Positions 1 through 10,500 of a stretch of 64,000 bases of DNA are shown here, piece by piece. The position numbers and the translations under genes are program-made. Within the stretch, counting starts at the first letter, position 1. Each line of letters opens with the position of its first letter. The notes below the pieces were generated by a model. The model worked only from the letters and a program-made list of their open reading frames with translations. It was not told the origin of the DNA and searched no databases. Source of the stretch: Dimorphilus gyrociliatus (lineage: Eukaryota > Animalia > Annelida). Where the stretch lies: assembly GCA_904063045.1 (NCBI GenBank), contig CAJFCJ010000002.1, forward strand, positions 3,901,891 through 3,965,890, written 5' to 3'.

Positions 1-109
1 AAGAAAAAATTTCTAAAGTGTATAGAATGTACAAGAACAACATTGGCTGTCATAAATAATTTGTAATATAACGGTTCTAAATAAGGTTTCCTACATTGTT
101 CTCAATACT

Positions 110-1255
110 TTAAACGTCCTTTTTTAAGAGCTTTTGTCGTTTCCCTGCTTCCCTCATACACTCTAATACGTATCTTTCATGATCTTCAAAATTATCGAAT
201 TTCGGAATTTTAACTGGGGGTTGATCTTTAGGTTTTCCTGATAACCATTCCACTGTCAGTTCACCACAATTTGGAAGCCCCACTTCTTTCTCAACTGCCA
301 AAGAACTTTTTATTGACAAGAATTCAATAATTGCGGAACTCTTTTTCTTTTTTAGTAGAATGACCATTTCGTTAATTTCACCATGCTGAAATTATAAAAA
401 ATACCTATAAATGAAATTCAAATACCATTTAAAAATATACCTACAGCTGAGAATATTTTTTTAATAGATTCTTCGTCATAACCTTCTCTCCATGAAACTT
501 TAATTCGCATAGGTTCGTCACCCATCTCATCTACAACCACATTTATCTTATAACATTGGGTTCCTAACGGATTATAATTTTTAACTATACCTTTTCCTGC
601 AGCTATATTTTTTATTTTTTCTCTCAGCAATCTTTGTTCCTCCTCAACTATTTTGGATCCTTGCTCTCTTAATCTATCAATCTCTTTCTCTAAATTAGCT
701 GTGCTAGGTATATTTCTCTTTTCAAGGTAAGCTTCTTCTCTAGCTTCCAACTCTGATTGTTTTTATATTAAATCTTAGAAATTATCCTTTCAAAATAGTA
801 TTAACATTTTTTACCTCTCTTTAATTTTCTCCTTTCGGCATTTAGTTTTAGATCTCTTATTTCAGCTGCTTTTCTAGCTTGTAAAACCTTGTCGTAAGCT
901 GCCTAGGTCAATAGAAAAGATTTAAAGATATGATTTTCAAGTTAAGAATTTCAATTACCTTTGCATTTTCATCTGTTAAAATTTCGAGTGCTTCTGTTAA
1001 CTTATGAAATTTTTCTGCTGCTTTAGGATCATCTGGATTTTTATCAGGATGACACTCTAATGCTTTTTTTCTATAATTTTTTAGAATCTGCAAAAGTTTT
1101 CATCTTGTATTATCGCTCAGCAAATATTACATTTTCAATAAGCTAATAAAGTTTAAGAAAATTGTGTTAACCTCTTTTGACGTTGCATCGTGAGAAATAC
1201 CAAGGAATTCATAGAGATCAATTTTCAATAAATCCGATTTTTTTTTCTCTGCCAT
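110..1255 (-). CDS. DNAJC17: DnaJ homolog subfamily C member 17 (J-domain + RRM), multi-exon
   Basis: ATG at 1255 ([28 protein letters not shown]) splices to the J-domain exon [23 protein letters not shown] (HPD motif), then [23 protein letters not shown]-like IKVSW..., and C-terminal [25 protein letters not shown] introns traced. Confidence 0.9.
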
Positions 1256-1458
1256 AATGATAGATCGTAATTACGTTAAAAGCTGAAATCAAATTTGGAA
1301 ACGAATTTCATCCGCTCCAATTTTGCAACACAAAACATTTCCTTCGAAAATTATAAATATCTCTATCTAACAAATATATATATTTTAACTTATACCTACG
1401 TCTGAATGAATAAAAAATAACTTGTACGAAAATTAATATTGTTTTTGCTACTTCCGTT

Positions 1459-1472
1459 ATTGTTATAGCAAC
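1459..1472. promoter_or_regulatory. RFX X-box candidate upstream of CFAP58
   Basis: ATTGTTATAGCAAC matches the X-box consensus RTHNYY-WT-RRNRAC exactly, about 90 nt upstream of the ATG of a ciliary gene; ACTTCCG (ETS-like) is adjacent at 1450-1456. Confidence 0.6.
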
Positions 1473-1560
1473 ATCACCAACAACAGTGCTTGGTTGTGGA
1501 TTAAATGTAATTTATAATATTAGAAGTTTATTTTGAAGAAAATTCTTGTCATAAAATACG

Positions 1561-4224
1561 ATGGCTGGAGAGGTATGTAGTATTATAATATCATTCTCAA
1601 AGGTAACTTATAAGGGCATAATTTGTTAGGAGAAGAAAGATAAAGCTCTAATAGATGATTCGGCTTTTGAGAAGCTTGAACTGGACTTCCAGGAGGTTTT
1701 GAAAGAGTTAATGGGAGATCGATCCCTTGAAAGATTCAGATCTGAATATGAGAAACTGCATCGGGCTCTTAAGAAAAGTCATGAGAGTGAGAAAAGATTA
1801 ATGCAAAAATGTCGCGAGCTGAACGCTGAGATAGTGGCGAACTCTGCTAAAGTAGCCACAGCTCTAAAACTATCACAAGAAGATCAATCAACTATAGCCG
1901 CATTGAAAAAAGAAATAGAAAAGGCTTGGAAATTGGTTGATGGTGCTCAAGAAAAGGAGACTAGAGCAAAAGAAACTATCCAATCCTTAAAATTAGAAAT
2001 TGCTAATTTGGGTAAATTAGTCGAACAAGGAGCTGGTTTGACTATGGGACAAGAACATAGTGTTAATGAATTACTTAAAGTTAAAGAACAACTAACTAAA
2101 GAGAGAGATGAAGCCTTAAATGAAGTAGTTAAATATAGGGAAGATTTGAGTAAAACTCAAGAGAATCTAGCTGAAGTTCAAAGGCAAGAAGAAGAAGCCG
2201 TTAACAAAATCCAAGAACTTCAAAGTGATATGCAAGTAAAATCCAATGAAATTATAAGGGAACAACGAAAGAAAGATCGCTTGGAAAGAGACATAAAACA
2301 AGCAAAGGCAGACTTGGACAAAAGAAACGCGGATGTTAAAGAGAAAGATGCTCACATCTCCAAACTGAAAGAAGATATTCAAAAGTCTGAAATGCAGAAT
2401 AAAGACCATAAAATTGCCCTTGAAAGAGCAAACAAAGATTTTGAGAAAACAAATGAACGATTGACATCTCTTCAGAAAGAGTTTGATTCTCAATTATTCA
2501 CTGGGGAGCAACTTCAAGCTGAAAATCAAGAAAAAGTTAAAGAGCTCAAGCTTAAGGAGGAGGAGGTTAAAGATTTGAAAAAAGATATTAATAAGCTAAA
2601 GATAGAGAAAGATAAGATGGAGCGAAAGATGCACATTTTGGACGAGCAAAAGAAGGAAACTGATAATCAACGAGATAGAAACAAATCCGAACTAATCAAT
2701 TTAGAAAAGGAAATGGAAGGAACAAAAAAAGAAATGGAAGCGAGCAAAAAAGAAATAGAAGGCCTCATTAGAGAACGAGATCTTCTGAATAAAAATATGC
2801 TGAAAGCAGGTTACGAAACTGAAAAACAAGTTAGCTTAGTAAAGATGCATGAACAGAGTAAGAAGTCTCTTGAGCAAGAAATTCAAAATTATAAGGAAGA
2901 GGCTCAAAAGCAAAGAAAAATTATTTACCAATTGGAGAAAGAAAGAGATAGATACATCAACGAAGCTTCTGATCTCACCCAAAAAGTATTACAACATATG
3001 GAAGATGTTAAAGTTAGGGAGATGCAAATATTTGATTATAAGAAGAAAATTGCTGAAGCTGAGACAAAACTAAAGCAACAACAAAATTTGTATGAAGCGG
3101 TTCGTTCCGATAGGAATTTGTATTCAAAGAACTTAATCGAATCACAGGATGAAATTACTGAAATGAAGAGGAAATTGAAAATCATGAATCATCAAATAGA
3201 TCAACTTAAAGAAGAAATATCTGCCAAGGAAGCCGCACTTGTTGCCGAGCATGCCGCTCATCAAAGTGTTGAAAAAGATAAAGAAAAGTTGAAAGCAGAA
3301 CTTATCAAGAAGAAAAATTATGCTGCAGAATTAAAGGCGTTTTCTGAAGCTCAAGAAGCCGAACAGAGGAAGTTATTAAAAATTATTGCTGAAGCTGATG
3401 CTGAAAGAGTTCGTCAAAAGAAGGAGCTTGATCAAGTAATATCAGAAAGGGATATCCTTGGCACTCAATTAGTCAGAAGAAATGACGAACTTGCCTTACT
3501 TTACGAAAAGATCAAGATTCAACAATCAACTCTTAATAAGGGGGAGGCACAATATAATCACCGTCTGGAGGATATAAGGGTGCTTAAACTGGAGATAAGA
3601 AAGTTAAGGCGAGGAAAACAAATTCTAGAGAAATCTGTTGCCAATGTTGACGATTTGAGGAAAGAAATTTATCACTTACAACGTGATCTTCTCAGGGAGA
3701 GAACTAGGTGTAAAGCCCTTGAGGAAGAATTAGAGAATCCAATGAATATTCATAGATGGAGGAAACTAGAAGGAAGTGATCCATCTACCTACGAAATGAT
3801 CCAAAAGATACAAACCCTTCAAAAGAGATTGATATCAAAAACAGAAGAAGTTGTAGAAAAAGAATTGCTTATTCAAGAAAAGGAAAAATTGTATGTAGAA
3901 CTCAAGCATATTCTTGCTAGGCAACCTGGTCCAGAAGTAGCCGAACAGCTGCATGTGTATCAACAAACTCTTAAGGAGAAGACAAAACAGATGAAAGCCA
4001 TGTCATCTGAATTAAATATGTATGAATCGCAAGTTAATGAGTATAAATATGAAGTTGACAGACTGGCACGTCAATTACACGATGTTAAGAAGAAATATTT
4101 CGCCTCTAAGAAGAAAGAACGTGATAATAAGGAAGTTGCCCAGATTTTACCCCAAAGAACCGAACCTCAGGCAAGGTTTACTGGAGGTGGTTTTAGTCTG
4201 AAGCAAGCGACAGCGAACGCCTAA
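1561..4224 (+). CDS. CFAP58: Cilia- and flagella-associated protein 58 (CCDC147), long coiled coil
   Basis: Exon 1 ATGGCTGGAGAG (1561-1572), GT..AG intron 1573-1629, then one 2.6-kb exon in frame with ORF 1699-4224. Recognisable segments: LERFRSEYEKLHRALKKSHESEKRL, LYEAVRSDRNLYSKNL, ENPMNIHRWRKLEGSDP, RFTGGGF. Confidence 0.93.
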
Positions 4225-4583
4225 AAACCTACGAAAAATATGCTTGTAAAACTTTTATAAATGCGACAAACACACATATAAAAAACAAGAAACAAAATTG
4301 TTTTTATTTTATATATCTTTACTTATAAATAATTTAAATAAAGTCTTTCCGATAAGTATTTAATACGGGGCAAAAAATAGTTAACCTTCACTTGTTCAGA
4401 CTATTACTCTTAAGGGAGAATATAGATAACATTTTGGTAAATTAAGTAATACAGTATGTATACGATATATACGTCATATATACGCATTTATATATTTTTA
4501 CACAATTTAGAGAGTAAATTCTTTTTTGGACGGTATAACAATGTACAAAAAGACGCATAGAATCATAAGAGATTTTTCCTTTA

Positions 4584-7500
4584 TTATTCAAAACTTTCAT
4601 CTATTTCATCTTCTGTTCTTACTAGTTTATACTGCTCAAATCTTTTACGTTTGCATTTGTAAATTATAATCGCAACCAAGCAAAGAATTGCCACAAAAGA
4701 GCCTATTGTTGCAAAAATTACAATTCTACGCCCATTCAAATTGCAGTAAATCTGTAAGAAAAGATACATTTTAGATATATAAACATATTAACTTAGACGC
4801 AAAGTTTCTTTTGAATGAATCTATAATCGTAATACTTTTCTCTTGTCTCTCTCTACTTCCTCTCCTTTCATCAATAATTAGACAGTTTACATTAAGTAGT
4901 ATAATTTAAACAGATTATAAAGAATTATTCTTATTGGAAACGTACAGCTTTTGTCATTATTTAGTTAACGTCTGATACTGATTAAAATTAAGCGATGGAG
5001 ATTGAGATGTTTTTTTTTTTACCTAATTAAATTCATTTTCTAAGTGATAATTCACTCTCGAATTATTAAAATACTAACCGTTGTACAAAGACTAGATGAC
5101 GAAGTTGAACATATTTTTCTGTAGAGAAAATTGGAGAGATTAATATTTCTTATAGTTTAAAAGCGAAAGTGACAAAAAGAAGAATGGCAAGAATAGCTAA
5201 TGTTAGGCCTATAGCTATATAAATTCCCGTTGATGTTTGTGTTAGAGCATTATATTCTATTATAGCTCTACATTTTTTAAAGTCTGTTAGAATATGAAAT
5301 TTATCACATCTGATACATTCTTGCAATGAGAAACACTCCAGACAGTGGGGAGGGCATGCTTTGCAACTGTTAATCAAAATTAGAAAAGAGAATATGATAT
5401 TATAAAGTTAGAATTCCAACAAAATAAATAAATACAAAAAATTAAGGGTAAATGATTTGTAACTACATAAACCTTCTTGAGGATAAAGAAAAAAAATCTC
5501 CTATTTTGCAGATCGATGAGCTTTTGTGATATTCAATTTGATCTTTTCCATTTGTTTCCAATGAGTAATTGGAAGATAAAATCCCTGGGGTAGTAAGTGG
5601 AAGAAAGGAGTTGTTTGATTCAATATTTCTTACTTCATCAACGGTTGTCTCCTTCAATGTAGAACTTGATAGGTAAGATTGTTGAAATAGAGTAGTTTGC
5701 CCCTTTACTTTTAGTTTAACGTTTTCTACTTTCGCAGTAAGATTGTTTTCCGAACAGAAACAATTACTTCCGTTGTTGGAGCAAAGCAACTTGTAATCGT
5801 TTAAGGATGCGTTACAGGATAGACAATGAGATGAACTAATGCATTTGGCACAGTGGTCGGAACATGCTTGGCAACTGTAAATGACATATTACAATAAACG
5901 TGCTGGGAATAGTTAAGTAGGAATCTGGTTAAAAAAATAGAAATCGATATAATAGAAATTCTATTTTTATAAATCATTCATATGAACTTTTTATTCACAT
6001 TTTCCTTGTTCCTTCCTCACCTAATACAATCTACACAATAAATATATAACTAAAACCATTAACGGATCAGATAAATAAGCTGAGTTGATTTTCAATCCTT
6101 AAGGCTTAAAATTATAAATGATATGGAAAATAAACTGGAAACGTTATTTTTATGCTTGCTTTCTCTATACCGTTAGGGGGCACTTTTCAGACCATTTAAG
6201 ACTACGCTTGTAGAATATATTTTAACCTAGTGGAAAGGGATTATAGAATGTTGATAATTAGGTGGGAAAAGAAAGAAGGATTGCTATTACGGAGCAGATA
6301 TTATGTAATACATTTTATATACTGTATGTTTATATATTTATATAAATCCTTAACACTAGCTCGTAAACAGCACTATTTGAAGAAATATAACAATATAAAT
6401 CAATTAGCATTAAATATGTTATAGTTATCTTCAACCTTTTGACATTAAATTACTGTTTTCGTGACTTAATTAGAAAAAGTGAAATTTCTTCCATTATATT
6501 ATTTTTTCTTGGTTTACGCGCTATAAAAAATCAGCGGAGTTAGCAACAAATTAGATTTAGGCCTATGCATAATATACGGAATATCAAATTTCTGCGTCAC
6601 TGTCTTCCTTTAGAATGTGCTCTTCGGGCTTATTAAAATTGGGTCGTTCTATTTCTTTTTTAATGGACGTTATACAGGGAGTTTAATCATTCAAGATGTG
6701 CCTTATGTGTCAGGTCTTTTAATTTTTTTTGATGGCTTTCAAGCCTAACCCAGTTGGCGACTACCTTATTTATTGAAAAATAAACGCTTTTTAAGCGTTT
6801 TCCTTAGGGAATAAAGACTGACTTAGCGTAAATGAATAAAAATGGAAGGGCGAATGAGATGAAAAGTAGCAAAGGGAACAAAGATATGGGATTTAAACAA
6901 ACTAAAGAAAAGTCACAGCACGTACGTGTTATTGGACGCCTTGTAAAATCCCTTCGGACATATTCTATCCTTAACGCATCGATCGGACTGTTTTAGGATA
7001 TAGCCATCACGACAGACGTAACAAAGACCTCCTTTGCAGTGGATGCAATTATCTTGGCACTTTTGACATGTTGTAACAACCGGGCCAAAACCAGAGGGGC
7101 AGGAATCAATACAATTTCCGTTAAATAGTAGCTTTTTGATTCGGCAGCTGTCACAAATTGCATCTTCCCCCACCCAGTGGCAACGGGTGCAGTTCTTCGG
7201 ACAAGGTGTACATACATCATTCTTAGGAGCCGAAGACCGAGAGCAACCGTGTCTGCATGCATTATCTTTATATTTGATAAGGGGATGAGCGCAAACTATA
7301 CAATCATATATGGTTGGTCCATGACAAGTCTGACAGCTACCTGCGCAATGAAGACATATATTATCTTTTGATTTATATGTGCCATGAGGACACTTGGCAA
7401 CACATTCTTGACGGCCCCCGCCCATTTTTAAATTGCGACATTTAATACAGTCAGCAGCTGACGTACCAAGGCAGCCCATAGCAGGAGAGCATTGAGGATG

Positions 7501-10500
7501 GCACCCTTTCAATCGTGCCGAACTTGATGTAGTTGATGTTGATCGTCTTTCCTTAAACAATGATACAATTGAAGCTCTTTTAACCGGTTTATATGGGTCG
7601 GTATCTGTACCAAAAATAATTAATTGCAAACTCCTTATAACGCCAGAGTTACTTTCTAAAGATCCAGCATTTTCTATTGTTAGCACCCAATCACCAACAG
7701 CTTGTTCACCCCAATAATGAACTGACATAAATGGCCAATCGTGGAAATCGCCCTGAGCTATGTCATTCTTTCTTGAGGGTAGTAAAGTTGAATTGGTACC
7801 GCTCGGACTTTTCAAGTGTAAACGAATATCTCCTCTCCTTGAATAAGATAGTGAGACCTTTGCCTGAACGTGTTCTATGAAACGGATTTCTTCATCAGCT
7901 TTACCGATACAGGCATTCGATTTAACGCTAATTCTCACACCCCAAGAGGAGATTTCTTTGTTAATTTCCAATCTAGGAAGAACGCAAATATGCTGTTCCG
8001 GAACAGTTGTCCACTTCTCAGCCAGTTTCACAACTGAGTTTGCATTCATTAAACCGTATCCATACTTTAAACTCACCTTTCTACCGACACCATTTGTAAT
8101 AAAATCCCCATCTTGTAAAGGATCAGGGTCGGCAGTAACAATAACAATATGTTGCATATCTCTCCAAGTTAAGTCAGGATTAGCCTCAAGAGCAAGAGCA
8201 CATATACCTGCTGCTATAGGAGCAGAGGCGCTTGTACCTGAATGTCCGTCAGTACAACGATCTCTGAGGTCAGTTGTTAGAATTTTAGGATCAAGAGTAT
8301 TATCCCCCGAACTGTAAGTAGTTGCAATTGTAGAAGAGCATTCCTCTAGGTACCAAGGTTTTATCCCATGTACGGTGGCAGACGATATAGATAACGTAAA
8401 TATGCTATTCGTGTATCCATCACAATTGCACGAGTCATCAGCGACGCCGCCGTTACCCGATGCCCAAACGTATATAGAGCCCCTACCGTTCCTGCCTTTA
8501 ACAATACCTTGGATGAAGGCTTCTTTTGCTAGCCTTGCCGGGCCGTCTACGACTTTACCATTGTCATCTGGACCCCAACTAGCGCTATAAATGTCTATAT
8601 GATTTTGACGATGGGACAATGATTCAGCTTCAACGTAATCGCTTACATCGCCATCCAACATTCGAATTCCACCTATCTTAGCATTATAGGCTATTCCTAC
8701 ATTGCATTTTGTATTGTTAGCTTGAGCAGCTACTTCACCCGCACAACGTGTGCCATGCCTGAAGAAAATGAAAAGTGTAAACCCTTATAGAAATTTTTAA
8801 TATCAAAATATATTTGTGTTTTCATCACTATTCTTGAATGTCTTATATTATTTAAAATATAAAAAAAACATAATACAGTGTATATTCTCTGAGTAAAAAT
8901 TTATCTGGGACTAACACGCAAACAATACGGTTTCGGCTTAATAACATCCCCAAAAGCTACAGATGAGGGATCAGAAAATTTCAAAGAGTTTGAATCAACC
9001 AACGAAAAGGACGCTTTACTAATTAGGCCGACAAATATGTTAAAAACCTGTCTTCTGCCAATTGCTTCACCAACACACCTTCGGTGTCCGAAGCCGAAGG
9101 CCGAAACTTTCCTAGCTAAATTTGAGTCAAATTTTCCCTCATTAGTAATAAATCTGAATGGATTTGGTAGTTTTGCATCTTGACCCCACACTGCAGTATC
9201 TTCGCCAATTGACCATAGATTGAGTATAACGATGTTACCCTTTGATAAAGAGACTCCTTTCAAAGCTGTATCCTCTATACAATAGTGGGGAAGGGCAAAT
9301 GGAACAGGTGTCTTCAGTCTTTAAGGAAGGTTTTTGCAACCCTTGTTATATAGTAAAAAAAAAGTTATATTTAACTTTCACCTAAGTTTAAAAGCTTTGG
9401 CTGCTGGAGGAAACTGATGTTAGAAATGGGAATATTTCTTTTTTGACCTTTAATAATTTGACTAGGGACGTTGTTAATAAAGGTGAGAGCAAAAACCTTC
9501 CTTAGTACTTCTGCTATACAAGCTTCAGTTAAGGGCATTTCATTTCGTTTTTCATAAATGGTTTCGAAAGTTTCCTCATCATTCGAAGAAACTCTGCATA
9601 TTTCTGTATATATCATCTTCTGAATGTCCTCCCTTTCAGCAATGAATAACAATAGCCATAGAATTGTAGAACTCGACGTTTCAACGCCAGCGGACAAAAA
9701 TTCAGCTACATTTTTCATCATTCCAATTCTGTCTAATTCGAAAAGAAAATCCGTCATACCGTATTCTAGAGCACAATCAAAGACAGCGTCAACAAGTTTA
9801 TTCATTCTAGATCGAATTTCTGCATTCTTTTTGGCTGGCTGAGGAAGGAAAGAAAGAAAAGTAGGTTGATTCCCAAGAGCAAATAGTTCAGTTGATGCAT
9901 TTGGTGAAAGAAGAATATTGAGTAAATGCTGTTTTACATCACCTTCTTTGCATTTATTATAGAAGACAGCGAACAAAACATTTGCTACAGTTTTTATTAT
10001 GCCATCAACAGGGTCAACTACACCAGATAGATTCCATTCTTCAACGAGTCGATCAACGTAATCGGTAGCAGCTTCACCAACAATGTTTCTCCTATCTTTC
10101 AGTAACGATAATGAATGACGTCTCTTTTGAATTAAGCGATCCCCATAAATATCAAAACTGAGGCTTCCGGTGAGATAATCATTATAGATGGGTAATGGTG
10201 GTCTACTAGACAAATTACGATTCAACGATGCTCTTTTAATAGCATGGTATCCGTTAATGATGGTAACTTTATTCATGCCTAGTTTGACAGAATAGATGTC
10301 TCCATACTTATACCACCAGCCCGTTAAGACTCCAAGAGGATCTGACCGTATTTGAAAAATGTTACCTACTATAGGCCATCCAAAAGGCCCTGCTTTCACT
10401 CTTAACGTTTTCAGGTAAGATGTACTGTAGGTTATAGTCCAATATAGGGCGAATCCAAAAATTACTATAACACTTAGCATCCTCTATTTCTTGTCTTATT

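Noticed and set aside
2167-3073. ORFs 2167-2493(-) and 2849-3073(+)
   Set aside because: Shadow or alternative frames of the CFAP58 exon; composition mirrors the real CDS.
6734-6745. GGCTTTCAAGCC resembling a histone 3' stem-loop
   Set aside because: Does not match the 6-bp stem/4-nt loop consensus and no histone ORF is upstream.
6993-8590. ORFs 6993-7262(-), 7177-7371(+), 7877-8317(+), 8375-8590(+)
   Set aside because: Overlap the GC-richer convertase exon; expected stop-poor shadows with no motifs.
9390-9412. Internal acceptor/donor pair (TTTCCTCCAG ... AG|GTGAAA) inside the P450 intron as a micro-exon
   Set aside because: All combinations tested gave a stop or frameshift before the heme exon.
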